The notes under the pieces are model-generated. The model made no database searches and was not told the DNA's origin. It worked only from the letters and a program-made list of their open reading frames with translations. This document shows positions 10,346-20,220 of a DNA stretch of 64,000 bases, piece after piece. Each line of letters opens with the position of its first letter. Position 1 is the first letter of the stretch. The position numbers and the translations under genes are program-made. This DNA is from a virus. The DNA is taken from the IMG/VR virus record IMGVR_UViG_3300020472_001862, positions 96,001-160,000 of that record; one strand, given 5' to 3'.

Positions 10346-10366
10346 ATAGTATTAAAGGAGAAACAG

Positions 10367-10720
10367 ATGGCAGATGACATATTTGACTTTGGTTTTACAG
10401 CAGTAGATGAACCTGATCAGGGAACACCTGCTCCTGCACAACCGTCTGTAGACTCAGACGCAATCTTAGATAAACTAGCACAACTAGAAGCTAAGGTATT
10501 GAACGCAGATAATTCTGGAATGGTTAATGAACACAGGGCATTAATTGAATCCGATGTATCTAGCAAACTTCGTGATGTAGAGGATCTTGTCCTCCCTTTA
10601 CTTTACAATTTGCAAAAGAATCCTGAAAAGGAATATATTCATTGGCCAAATAGAACGGCTATTATTGACAAACAAATTGAAAAGATAAAGGCGGTAACAA
10701 GATACTATGAGCGAGTCTAA
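10367..10720 (+). CDS. conserved T4-like hypothetical protein
   Basis: AAGGAG RBS, CATAAATA upstream, FDFGFTAVDE...PLLYNLQKNPEKEYIHWPNR. Confidence 0.75.
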   Translation: MADDIFDFGFTAVDEPDQGTPAPAQPSVDSDAILDKLAQLEAKVLNADNSGMVNEHRALIESDVSSKLRDVEDLVLPLLYNLQKNPEKEYIHWPNRTAIIDKQIEKIKAVTRYYERV

Positions 10721-11318
10721 CGGATTAAATAAAAACCAATTACAAAACGCATACCAAAGACCAGTAGCTAACATCTATGACTTGTACCTCACAGGTGCAA
10801 TAGGAGATGCCAAAGACTATCAAGATTGGAATCAAATGATGAGATCAGCTACGGAAAATGATGTTGTTTACATACATATTAATTCTAATGGCGGTGAGAT
10901 ATTTACAGCTATACAATTAATGAGAACAATGCAGGAGACACAGGCAACTGTAATAGCTTCTGTGGAAGGTATGTGCATGTCAGCAGCCACATTATTATTT
11001 TTAACAGCAGATGTATGTGAAGTATCAGAACATAGTCATTTCATGTTCCATACATACAGTTCAGGTAATTGGGGTAAGGGTAGTGAACAATTAGCTAATG
11101 TAATGGCTGATGATAAATGGGCACGACACTTATTCAATACAGTTTACAAAGGATTCTTAGATCCAAAAGAGATGGAGTCAATGATTGATGGTAAGGACTT
11201 ATGGATGAATCCTGCAGAAGTAGGCAAGAGGTTAGAGAAAAGAAACAAACTAGCCTTAAAAGGTAAAGGACCAAAAAAGAAGGAAAAAGCTTTACTTTCA
11301 CCTAAAAAGACTCCATAA
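10707..11318 (+). CDS. ClpP-like serine protease
   Basis: IHINSNGG, GMCMSAAT, FMFH, DLWMNP. Confidence 0.85.
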   Translation: MSESNGLNKNQLQNAYQRPVANIYDLYLTGAIGDAKDYQDWNQMMRSATENDVVYIHINSNGGEIFTAIQLMRTMQETQATVIASVEGMCMSAATLLFLTADVCEVSEHSHFMFHTYSSGNWGKGSEQLANVMADDKWARHLFNTVYKGFLDPKEMESMIDGKDLWMNPAEVGKRLEKRNKLALKGKGPKKKEKALLSPKKTP

Positions 11319-11319
11319 T
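11291..11319 (+). promoter_or_regulatory. sigma70-like promoter upstream of the secreted protein and TonB receptor genes
   Basis: TTTACT-17 nt-CATAAT after an A-tract, resembling the other promoters in the window. Confidence 0.5.
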
Positions 11320-11341
11320 TGTAAGTATATAGGAGAAAGAT

Positions 11342-11782
11342 ATGAAAGAAGTTTTTAAGTTTATTTGTGTAATGTTTATAATGGCTCTTGCAGCAGGCCT
11401 GTCACCTAAAGCAGAGGCAGCAGACACCAGTGATGTAATTGCAGGTATTATATTTGGAGGTTGGTTAGGCAGTGAATGGCAAAAAGACAGACAACCTATT
11501 GAACCCTATGTAACACACTTCCCACATGGAACAATCATTGTTCCAGGGTATAAATTAACAAGAAACATGCAGTGCTTTTTTGAAATGGAAGCAGATGGCA
11601 TGCCCAAGTATGCGGTGCCTAACTGTTCCACTAGTGGTAGCAGTTATCGCAACAAATATTCTAACGCAAAAATCCTCCAGCAGGATATGTATCCTTGCGG
11701 TAGTTATTGGGGATATGGTTGCAGACATTTAGTTCAACAACTAAAAAATGGAACCATTACAGGGGTATTTAATTTTAATTAA
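11342..11782 (+). CDS. hypothetical exported protein
   Basis: AGGAG RBS; signal peptide ending AEA; four Cys in the mature part. Confidence 0.7.
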   Translation: MKEVFKFICVMFIMALAAGLSPKAEAADTSDVIAGIIFGGWLGSEWQKDRQPIEPYVTHFPHGTIIVPGYKLTRNMQCFFEMEADGMPKYAVPNCSTSGSSYRNKYSNAKILQQDMYPCGSYWGYGCRHLVQQLKNGTITGVFNFN

Positions 11783-11790
11783 GGAGTAAT

Positions 11791-13326
11791 ATGAAACACT
11801 TGAATGTGAAAGCCCTACTAACAGTAGGACTAATTTTCGTTATGACACCAGGAATGGCGTCAGATATAGAAGAAGTAATTGTAATAGGAGCCAATGAAAC
11901 ATTTGGTTCATCTCAACCAGAGTATGATAATTCAGTACTAGAAGCAGTAGATGTTTATAGTGTATATCAAGCTGGTGGAAGAGGAGGTTTTGCAGGAGTT
12001 TCTAGCAATGGAACAGATGTAAAACATACAGCAGTTTTTAGAAATGGAATCCCTGTAAACAATCCAGGAGGTGGCTGGTTTGATTTTGGAACTGAACTAC
12101 CTACATTTCAAGACTTTACAATTATATCAGGACCTAATAGCGTATTGTTTGGTAGCTCAGCAATGGCAGGAACAGTACTTATGGAGGACACATTTTCCCC
12201 ACACTTTTTTACTAAGGGTGGCGACAAAAGATACTTAGTATCATTGGGCAATGAATATGTATCATTAGCACATTACAAAGGATCTAATGGTTCTGCACGA
12301 ACAGATAATAATGAGGAAGATTGGTTTGAAAATACAACACTAAAAACTAATTACCAGGTAGGTGATTGGAAACTTGTATCCTCATACCAAGACTATACTT
12401 ATGATTATGACAACTGTTGGTTTGGAATTGACGGTAATGATTGTGTACAACAAGGTGAAAAAGTAGACATGTCAATTAGAAATAGTTGGCTCACAGTAGG
12501 CTATGGACAAAATGATGTTGAACACAATACAGGATGGGAATCTAAAAGCAAAAGATATTTTGTGGATGCTAATGAAGAAATTTTACCTGGATTAATTGTA
12601 GGCGCACAAGCACACAGGCAGGAGTATAATGAATATTGGTATCAACATTATGCCACCTATGTAAATTATTCTTTAGAAAATCATAGCATTGGTTGGAGAG
12701 TAGAAGACGACGATCATGTAATTAGATATGGTTTTGAAAAAGATCTATTTAGACTTTCATTAGGTAACAGTATTAGAATGCCTAATCTATATGAAAGGTT
12801 TGGTGATGATTGGGTAGCAGCTAACCCTGGATTAAAAGCAGAGAAAGGTAAAGGCATAACATTAGGATATGGATTCCTCTCAGCATTTTATTATGACTTC
12901 TCAGAAAGTATAGATTTTGATATGGGTACTTATGGTTATGTCAACTCAGGAGGATATGAATCCAAAGGATTTAGTATTGAAAAACATTTCCTATATGATG
13001 ATGGTGCATTACATGTATCAACTTCATATACTGATACAGATCAAATTAGAGCTGCCAAATATGAAACAAAGTTATCCTGGTTCAGTACAATACAAGGCTG
13101 GGACTATCTAATATCATATGTAGGACAATACGACAGAGGTAATGACTTTGACGGAACACCTATTGATGATGTATCAACCTTTGATTTTAATGTAGGATAC
13201 TACATAAGGCCAGGATTGCGTTTTGCAGTCGAGATTAGGGACATTTTGAACAGAGAATTCGAGATTTTGCCCCATTATGGCGCTGGTGGAAGGGAAATAA
13301 ATCTCACCTTACACCTAAGTTATTGA
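11791..13326 (+). CDS. TonB-dependent outer-membrane receptor (BtuB-like, compact)
   Basis: Signal peptide, TonB-box-like EEVIVIG, plug motifs VFRNGIPVN and GPNSVLFGSSAMAGTV, R.PNLYE, NPGLKAE, C-terminal GREINLTLHLSY. Confidence 0.85.
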   Translation: MKHLNVKALLTVGLIFVMTPGMASDIEEVIVIGANETFGSSQPEYDNSVLEAVDVYSVYQAGGRGGFAGVSSNGTDVKHTAVFRNGIPVNNPGGGWFDFGTELPTFQDFTIISGPNSVLFGSSAMAGTVLMEDTFSPHFFTKGGDKRYLVSLGNEYVSLAHYKGSNGSARTDNNEEDWFENTTLKTNYQVGDWKLVSSYQDYTYDYDNCWFGIDGNDCVQQGEKVDMSIRNSWLTVGYGQNDVEHNTGWESKSKRYFVDANEEILPGLIVGAQAHRQEYNEYWYQHYATYVNYSLENHSIGWRVEDDDHVIRYGFEKDLFRLSLGNSIRMPNLYERFGDDWVAANPGLKAEKGKGITLGYGFLSAFYYDFSESIDFDMGTYGYVNSGGYESKGFSIEKHFLYDDGALHVSTSYTDTDQIRAAKYETKLSWFSTIQGWDYLISYVGQYDRGNDFDGTPIDDVSTFDFNVGYYIRPGLRFAVEIRDILNREFEILPHYGAGGREINLTLHLSY

Positions 13327-13347
13327 AATAAATAGTAAAAAGATTTC

Positions 13348-13424
13348 AAAAAATGCTTGACTCTTGGTTCGCCAGAGTGCATAATACATGTATATTAAAT
13401 AAAAAGTGAGGACTTAATAATATG
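13348..13424 (+). repeat. promoter+RBS cassette, copy 1 (copy 2 at 15948..16025)
   Basis: First 39 nt differ by one base between copies; both continue GTATATTAAATAA...AAGTGAGGACTTA...ATATG. Confidence 0.85.
13357..13385 (+). promoter_or_regulatory. sigma70-type early promoter
   Basis: TTGACT-17-CATAAT with AGAGTG extended -10 and an upstream A-tract. Confidence 0.85.
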
Positions 13425-15929
13425 CCAAACCAAATAGAAGTAAAATCAGTATTAGCGAAATTACTAGCGACAGAGGATATTGACATTGTTCATGATGCCA
13501 AAGCTCCAACTGCAGCATTTGATGTAAAGAACCGTAAACTGTATTTACCTGTTTGGAAAAACATGTCTAACTCCATGTACGATTTATTCATCGGACATGA
13601 AGTAGGACATGCACATGAAACTCCTGAAGAAGGATGGCATGATGCAGTTATTGATAACCCTTCACTAAAAGCATTCTACAATATTATAGAAGACGCTAGG
13701 ATTGAAAGAAAAGTAAAAGAAAGATATCCTGGTCTTGTTAAGTCCTTCCACAGAGGTTACCAAGAATTATTCGATAAAGACTTTTTTGGTGTTAAGGATA
13801 GAGACTTAACCACACTTCCTTTTGTTGATAGAGTAAACTTACATTTTAAAATTGGCCACTTACTTGGTCTTAAATTTACAGAAACAGAACAGACTTTCCT
13901 AGACAGAGTTTCCAAAACAGAAACATGGGCAGATGTAAAAGAACTAGCACATGAGTTAGCAGACATTTCCAAGAAAGAAGCTGAGGAAAGACAAGACGAA
14001 TTAGAACCACTCCAACAGATGTTAGATGACTTGATGTCAGATATGGATCAAGCAGAATCCGAGACACCTGATTGGAATAACTACATGCCAGATCATATGA
14101 AAGAAGATGAGGAGTCAGAAGATGACGGAGAAGGTGAAGGTGAAGGTGAAGCTCAAGAAGATGACACCAAAGACGAATACGGAAATCCAAAACCAGGAAC
14201 ACCCGGTGGTTCTCAAGGTGAGGATGAAAGCGATGAAGACTTCAACGAGCGTAGACAAAAAGAGTGGGACGCAGAACAGAAACAATGGGAAGAAGATCGT
14301 AAGAGAAGAAATGCAGAATACGAAGCAGAAACAAAAGCTCGTGAACTATACGAAGAAGATGTAGCTAAGAACGAAGAACAGAAAAAAGAGCTACAAGATG
14401 CCATCGAAGAAGTTGAAAAGATGCATGGCTTCCTAAACGGCGAAGGCCAAAAGTCAATTACAGATGACGCTTTCAGAGATAACGAAAAGTCACTTGTTGA
14501 TACAGACGCTCAAGAAATTGTTTACTTGAAACCTCAGAAGTTGCACAAGGCTAAAGAGTGGATTGTTCCAATGAACGAACTATATAATTGGGACGAGTGC
14601 ATAGAGCTACAAGACGGCGGTGAATTTGATTATGATAATCCAATGCCAGTAGACAGAGTTAAGGCTGAAGGTAAAAGATTGTTCAAAGAGTTCTTGTCCA
14701 ACACTCAACCAATAATCAACTCAATGGCACAGACTTTCGAGATGAAGAAGGCAGCACAGGCTAACAAGAAAGCACAAATTGCCAAGACAGGTAAGTTGAA
14801 TGAGGACAGACTTTGGGCTTACCAATTGACTGAAGACTTATTCCAAAAGAACATGATTGTTCCTAACGGTAAGAACCATGGTATCATAATGTATGTTGAT
14901 TTATCAGGTAGTATGAACAGACAGATGCCTGGTACACTAGAACAGATGATGAATATGGCATTGTTCTGCAGAAAGGTTAACATTCCATTTGATGTATATG
15001 GTTTCTCAAATTGCAGATATGGTGAGAGACACCCTACTCCTTGGAGTGAGAACAAAGACATGAACAGAAGTATTATAGAGGGTCGTGAAGACGGCGAAAT
15101 GATAATTACAGATTCTAACTTTGCTCTTGTCCACATGCTAAGCTCTACTTGTAAGAAGTCAGACTTTGATAACGCAATGGCATACTTATTACTAATGAAG
15201 TTAGGATACTCAAATAGAAGTTATTACTATGCAGAACCAGGCCAATTATATGGTTACATACAGAACGATTACTTTAGACTAGGTGGTACTCCACTTAACT
15301 CAGCTCTTGTTCTAGCTCCACAGATTGCCAAAGAGTTCCAGAAGACTTACAATGTAGAAAAGTTGACTACGGTATTCTTAACAGACGGTGGTGCTACAGA
15401 CTCTATTACATACAGAGACTCAACCAGAGAACACAGAGCAGTGGCTAGTGTATATGGTGAGCCAATAGCTATTAAGCAACAAGGCAGCACCACACAGCTC
15501 CCTAACAAGGGTGGATACAGCCGTAGAGATGGTGTTACTACATTGACCCTTGTAGAGTTCTACAAGAAGATCACAGGTAGTACTCTTATTAACTTCCACA
15601 TTGTAGACGGTAAGAGAGAAAACTTCTACAGCGAGTATGTATCCACAGACTGGATGGAAGGCATAACTCCACATAACTATGTAACCAATGAGTTCATAGA
15701 TGGTACATGGAAAGAAGTACTTAAGGACAAATTTACAGTCGTAGAACCAGCATTTGGATACGACGCTAGGTTCCTACTAAAAGGACAAAAAGATCTTGAA
15801 GTAGGCGTACAAGAATTGGAAGTAAAATCCAACAAAAAAGGTGATTTATTGAGAGGATTCAAGAAGTTTTCTAAAGGAAAAAGCACTTCTAGAACTTTCC
15901 TTAATCAAATCATAGAGTTAGTAGCATAA
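13422..15929 (+). CDS. CobT-like protein: HExxH peptidase-like N-terminus, acidic linker, VWA domain
   Basis: GHEVGH, NIIEDARIE, D/E-rich linker, VDLSGSM MIDAS, GGTPL, FLTDG. Confidence 0.85.
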   Translation: MPNQIEVKSVLAKLLATEDIDIVHDAKAPTAAFDVKNRKLYLPVWKNMSNSMYDLFIGHEVGHAHETPEEGWHDAVIDNPSLKAFYNIIEDARIERKVKERYPGLVKSFHRGYQELFDKDFFGVKDRDLTTLPFVDRVNLHFKIGHLLGLKFTETEQTFLDRVSKTETWADVKELAHELADISKKEAEERQDELEPLQQMLDDLMSDMDQAESETPDWNNYMPDHMKEDEESEDDGEGEGEGEAQEDDTKDEYGNPKPGTPGGSQGEDESDEDFNERRQKEWDAEQKQWEEDRKRRNAEYEAETKARELYEEDVAKNEEQKKELQDAIEEVEKMHGFLNGEGQKSITDDAFRDNEKSLVDTDAQEIVYLKPQKLHKAKEWIVPMNELYNWDECIELQDGGEFDYDNPMPVDRVKAEGKRLFKEFLSNTQPIINSMAQTFEMKKAAQANKKAQIAKTGKLNEDRLWAYQLTEDLFQKNMIVPNGKNHGIIMYVDLSGSMNRQMPGTLEQMMNMALFCRKVNIPFDVYGFSNCRYGERHPTPWSENKDMNRSIIEGREDGEMIITDSNFALVHMLSSTCKKSDFDNAMAYLLLMKLGYSNRSYYYAEPGQLYGYIQNDYFRLGGTPLNSALVLAPQIAKEFQKTYNVEKLTTVFLTDGGATDSITYRDSTREHRAVASVYGEPIAIKQQGSTTQLPNKGGYSRRDGVTTLTLVEFYKKITGSTLINFHIVDGKRENFYSEYVSTDWMEGITPHNYVTNEFIDGTWKEVLKDKFTVVEPAFGYDARFLLKGQKDLEVGVQELEVKSNKKGDLLRGFKKFSKGKSTSRTFLNQIIELVA

Positions 15930-15947
15930 AAATGTTGAAATCTTTTG

Positions 15948-16025
15948 AAAAAATGCTTGACTCTTGGTTCACCAGAGTGCATAATAACGGTATATTAAAT
16001 AATAAAAGTGAGGACTTATAATATG
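15948..16025 (+). repeat. promoter+RBS cassette, copy 2 (-35 at 15957, -10 at 15980)
   Basis: TTGACT-17-CATAAT exactly 2600 bp after copy 1. Confidence 0.85.
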
Positions 16026-17207
16026 AAAGCAATAGATAGAGAAAACTTAATCCAGGCGTTACAGTCACAGGACAACGGCACTGGAGTTTTTACCCGTAAA
16101 CAAATCATTGAAACTGCCACATCAATTGGCTTAGGTTTCCCAGCGTGGTTGGTTAACGGAAAACCAGAAGTCAAAGTAGACAGAGGTGTCTATAACCTGA
16201 CTTCAATGTTTGGTGGCCAGGTGGCTAGCGCACAACCAATTGAACCAGCAACACAGCAGGTTCCATTGGCGGTTGTTGAAACACAACCTAGAGAGTTGGT
16301 ACAGGCACAACTAAGAGTTGATGTCGAGAATCTAGTTCCTGAGAAGGACGCTACATTCGTTCCATTTGGCTTTTACAAAGACTTGAAAAAAGTTTTAAGC
16401 TCAAGTATGTTTTACCCAATATTCATTTCAGGCTTATCAGGTAATGGTAAGACTACAATGGTAGAACAGGTTTGTGCTAATCTTAAGCGTGAGGCTATAA
16501 GAGTAAATATTAGTATTGAAACTGATGAGGATGATTTAATCGGTGGCAATACACTAGTTGACGGTAATGTCGTCTATAGAGAAGGGCCCGTCCTCACCGC
16601 GATGAAGCGGGGCGCTGTTCTCATACTTGATGAAGTGGATAGGGGTTCGAACAAGCTGATGTGCTTACAAGCCATCCTTGAGGGGAAGCCTTACTTCAAC
16701 AAGAAGACTGGCGAAACCGTAACTCCTGCTCCTGGATTTAACTTAGTAGCAACAGCTAACACTAAGGGTCGAGGTTCAGATGATGGCAAATTTATTTCAG
16801 CCAACATACTCGACGAGGCATTCCTAGAAAGGTTTGCAATCACAGTTGAGCAGGAGTACCCTACAATGGCTACCGAGAAAAAGATTGTTGTTAAGAAGAT
16901 GGAAAAGGTCAACAATGTTGACGAAGACTTCGCGACACACCTTGTTACTTGGAGTGATGTAATTCGTAAAACATATTACGAAGGTGCCATCGACGAACTT
17001 ATTTCAACTCGTAGGTTGGAACACATTGTTAACGCATTTGCCGTGTTTGGTGACAAGCAAAAGGCAGTTCAACTTTGTGTTAATAGGTTCGACGAAGACA
17101 CAAAAGAGGCATTCATAGACTTGTATGCCAAAGTTGATCCTAGTGTAGAACTAGCAGAGTCAACTGAAGAAACTGAACAGGAGATACACGAAGATGGCGA
17201 AGAGTAA
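16023..17207 (+). CDS. CobS/MoxR-like AAA+ ATPase
   Basis: GLSGNGKT, LILDEVD, ATANTKGRG, AFLERF, ISTRRL. The GTG at 16008 is part of the RBS, so ATG 16023 is used. Confidence 0.9.
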   Translation: MKAIDRENLIQALQSQDNGTGVFTRKQIIETATSIGLGFPAWLVNGKPEVKVDRGVYNLTSMFGGQVASAQPIEPATQQVPLAVVETQPRELVQAQLRVDVENLVPEKDATFVPFGFYKDLKKVLSSSMFYPIFISGLSGNGKTTMVEQVCANLKREAIRVNISIETDEDDLIGGNTLVDGNVVYREGPVLTAMKRGAVLILDEVDRGSNKLMCLQAILEGKPYFNKKTGETVTPAPGFNLVATANTKGRGSDDGKFISANILDEAFLERFAITVEQEYPTMATEKKIVVKKMEKVNNVDEDFATHLVTWSDVIRKTYYEGAIDELISTRRLEHIVNAFAVFGDKQKAVQLCVNRFDEDTKEAFIDLYAKVDPSVELAESTEETEQEIHEDGEE

Positions 17208-17502
17208 GACGCCAGAGTATAAGTTCAACGAAGGAGCTCTCATTAGGGAGCTCCAATCGTATATCGACGCTACATACTCAGGGCATTATAGCAGAAACAA
17301 ATTCCAATCAACGGAATTTATCAGTGATTGTGGACACGGAATAGGATTTGCAATAGGCAATATTCTTAAGTATGCACAACGGTATGGCAAAAAAGGAACC
17401 TCAGAGGACCATAGAAAGGACCTACAAAAGGTTTTACATTATGCCATTATTGCACTTAACGAACACGACAAGAGTACAACAAAGCATTATCTAGACGACT
17501 AA
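17194..17502 (+). CDS. DUF3310-like phage protein
   Basis: HY..GFAIGNILKYAQRYGKK..DLQKVLHY. Confidence 0.75.
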   Translation: MAKSKTPEYKFNEGALIRELQSYIDATYSGHYSRNKFQSTEFISDCGHGIGFAIGNILKYAQRYGKKGTSEDHRKDLQKVLHYAIIALNEHDKSTTKHYLDD

Positions 17503-17513
17503 TAAATACTGAT

Positions 17514-19073
17514 ATGAACAAGGGTATTATATTAGGTTGTCTACAACAGAACCCAGGTTGGCAAGGCGCATTAGGAGCGCTAAACCCAAACTGGGTTAAC
17601 CTCAAAAGATCAGGTGGCGCACATAAGATAGCCACTTTCATGCGTAAAGAAGGTTGGGACATTGAAGTCCTCGATTACTGGTTGGCATTTGAAGAGCATG
17701 AGTTCAAACAATTTGCCCGTTCAAGGATAACACAAGATACAAAATTCATAGGTGTTAGTGTTACCTTTGGATACAAATTAGACCTATTACAAAGAGCACA
17801 AGATCATCTTAAATGGTTAAAGGAAGAGTATCCTGATGTAACTATAATTGCTGGATCTAAAATGCTAGTTGACATCATGGTCCTACCTTGTGATTATTAT
17901 GTATGTGGTTATGGAGAGTATGGATTAATTAAATTATTAAAGGGTGAAGCAACGATAACAAAGTTTCAAGGATTGAATTGTGTTATGGCAGATAGACATC
18001 ACCCTTGTTTCCCTAGTAAAGATTTGCGTGTTGAGTATGAGGATAGAGACTTTATTCAACCCACAGATACTCTAACACTAGAACTCTCCCGTGGTTGTAA
18101 ATTTAAATGTAAGTTCTGTTCATACAATGCAATAGGTATGAAGGGAGACTTAACTAGGGATATGGATACTTTATATGATGAGATGTTATCTAACTATGAA
18201 AGGTTTGGTGTAACTAGCTATCATGTGGCAGACGAAACAACAAACGACAATCAAGAGAAAATAAGATTTGCTGGTAGTGAAATACAAAAACTTCCTTTCA
18301 AACCAAACCTAACAGGATTTATTAGAGCAGATATATTATCCACAAGAGAGGACGATAAAAAGTACCTAGCAGAGATGGGATTCTGGGCTCAGTATTATGG
18401 TGTGGAAACTTTTAACCAAACTGCAGGTAGAACTGTAGGTAAAGGTATTGATCCTGATAAACTTAAAAGGGGATTGCTGGATACTAAAGACTATATGAAC
18501 AAACATTGTGGCAGGTATAGGGCAACTACAAGTCTAATATTAGGACTGCCTTACGAGACGTCTGAGAGCCTCTATGATGGTTTAAATTGGTATAGAGAGC
18601 ATATGCCTAATGAGAATTTAGTGATGCAACCCTTATACATAAACAGACAAATAAACGAATTAATGTTTGCATCCTCAGAGTTTGGTAGAACATGGAGGCA
18701 GTCTGGACACTTTCATCCTGAGGAAATAAAAGAAGAGATTACTGCTGAGGATTACGCAGAGTTTTCAGAACACCCTATGTTACAAGGATATATTAAGAAT
18801 TTACATAGTGAACAACATAACTTACATTGGAGCCACGATAGTTACACATGGAAGTCAGCAATACTAGAGTTAGCTAGAACTATGCAACAGGGTTTGTATG
18901 ACCCTAGAATTAATAGGATAATGACATGGGATTTATTTAACTTTATAACTCCAGGAACATATGATTATGATAGTGTATTAGAACTATCTATCATGGGTTA
19001 TGATGTTAAAAAACTCACAGAGGATACCAATACATACATTAAAAACTATAAAGAGGCAAAATTAAATGCCTAA
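17514..19073 (+). CDS. B12-binding radical SAM enzyme, copy 1
   Basis: Cobalamin-domain pattern (HKIATFMRKEGWDIEVLD, IGVS, IIAGS, DYYVCGYGE); SRGCKFKCKFC; DET; GVET; ILGLPYET. Confidence 0.88.
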   Translation: MNKGIILGCLQQNPGWQGALGALNPNWVNLKRSGGAHKIATFMRKEGWDIEVLDYWLAFEEHEFKQFARSRITQDTKFIGVSVTFGYKLDLLQRAQDHLKWLKEEYPDVTIIAGSKMLVDIMVLPCDYYVCGYGEYGLIKLLKGEATITKFQGLNCVMADRHHPCFPSKDLRVEYEDRDFIQPTDTLTLELSRGCKFKCKFCSYNAIGMKGDLTRDMDTLYDEMLSNYERFGVTSYHVADETTNDNQEKIRFAGSEIQKLPFKPNLTGFIRADILSTREDDKKYLAEMGFWAQYYGVETFNQTAGRTVGKGIDPDKLKRGLLDTKDYMNKHCGRYRATTSLILGLPYETSESLYDGLNWYREHMPNENLVMQPLYINRQINELMFASSEFGRTWRQSGHFHPEEIKEEITAEDYAEFSEHPMLQGYIKNLHSEQHNLHWSHDSYTWKSAILELARTMQQGLYDPRINRIMTWDLFNFITPGTYDYDSVLELSIMGYDVKKLTEDTNTYIKNYKEAKLNA

Positions 19074-19077
19074 TTAT

Positions 19078-19085
19078 TATAAATA
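19078..19085 (+). promoter_or_regulatory. T4-type late promoter
   Basis: Intergenic TATAAATA. Confidence 0.75.
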
Positions 19086-19118
19086 GTAGACAGAGATTAC
19101 AACAATTGGAGTAAATAA

Positions 19119-19445
19119 ATGGCATATACAGTAACATGGGTCTTAACAAGGCCAAACGCAGAGACAGCTCTTCCTGTTATTAGTGATTATTCAGCCACTA
19201 ATAAGGATGCAAGCGACGCAATTTATGCTAGTTCAGGAGTTACAAAGTCCTATTCCATAGATGGATTGGCAACCACAGTTACTTATGAAGCAGCAGATAA
19301 AGCAACTTATGACTCAGCCAAAACACAGATAGATGCAATATCAGATGAAGCTTCTGTAAAAGCAAGTTTAAAAACAGCAATGCAATCAGCAGGATGTACC
19401 GTAGTGGTAACAGATTCAGAAGGAACTGAACTAGCAAACTTCTAA
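19119..19445 (+). CDS. small acidic Ala/Thr/Ser-rich late protein
   Basis: GGAG RBS, directly after a late promoter. Confidence 0.75.
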   Translation: MAYTVTWVLTRPNAETALPVISDYSATNKDASDAIYASSGVTKSYSIDGLATTVTYEAADKATYDSAKTQIDAISDEASVKASLKTAMQSAGCTVVVTDSEGTELANF

Positions 19446-19461
19446 CAAACAGGTTTATATT

Positions 19462-20220
19462 ATGAATTTTGGTGAGAGAATAACTTACGAAAAAGATAAC
19501 CATGTCGCCGTCTTAACAATAAACGGTGTTGGTCCTCTAAATTTAATTGACAGACCTTTTTATCAAGGTTACAATGATGCCCTAGTAGAATTCCGTGAGG
19601 ATGACTCTAGGGTTTTACTTATCAAGTCAGGCAATCCTAATCACTTCACAGCAGGCTTCGAGGTAGATACTATTATCGATGCCTTAAAGACTGGTTACGG
19701 CAATACAGTTACAGATAATGATATGGTTACACCTAAACCTATAGTATCTGCTATCAAAGGATATTGTGTTGGAGAGGGTGTAGGTATTATGTTGGCAAGT
19801 GATTTTGTATTTGCAGATGCATCAACACAAATATCATGTCCAGAAACAAAACTAGGTTTCAATGCTGTTACTATGCAGGTTAAATTCGCACAAAGAATAG
19901 GCCACAATAGAACAATGGAATTTATGATGGGAGATTTACATGATGTTAAATGGTTAGACAAAGTAGGACTATTGACTAAAGAGTGTGATGGAGATGTAGA
20001 TGAAGTTGCATTAGCATACGCACATAAAATTGCCAATAACAATGCACCCATTGCCGTTAGAGGAACAAAAGGTGCCATATGGCATACAGTAAACTCTCAT
20101 AAGGACGAAGCTATAGACTTTGCTTTATGGGCTAAAGACATGACATTAGATTCAAAGGATATAGAGGAAGGTGTAGCTGCTTTTATGGAAAAAAGGCCAC
20201 CCGAATTTAAAAATGAATAA
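19462..20220 (+). CDS. enoyl-CoA hydratase/isomerase (crotonase) family
   Basis: VAVLTIN, FTAGFE, KPIVSAIKGYCVGEG, SDFVFA, PETKLG, EGVAAFMEKRPPEFK. Confidence 0.92.
   Translation: MNFGERITYEKDNHVAVLTINGVGPLNLIDRPFYQGYNDALVEFREDDSRVLLIKSGNPNHFTAGFEVDTIIDALKTGYGNTVTDNDMVTPKPIVSAIKGYCVGEGVGIMLASDFVFADASTQISCPETKLGFNAVTMQVKFAQRIGHNRTMEFMMGDLHDVKWLDKVGLLTKECDGDVDEVALAYAHKIANNNAPIAVRGTKGAIWHTVNSHKDEAIDFALWAKDMTLDSKDIEEGVAAFMEKRPPEFKNE

Noticed and set aside
14100-14400. GAAGGT-type repeats as a repeat array
   Set aside because: They encode the acidic low-complexity linker of the CobT-like protein.
13422-17207. CobS/CobT as a cobalamin biosynthesis module supporting the B12 hypothesis
   Set aside because: No CobN or other cob genes in the window. 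This MoxR AAA+/VWA pair is common in T4-like phages and is more plausibly a chaperone system.
17232-17253. GGAGCTC-N8-GAGCTCC hairpin
   Set aside because: Lies within a CDS with no U-tract, so there is no support for a terminator.
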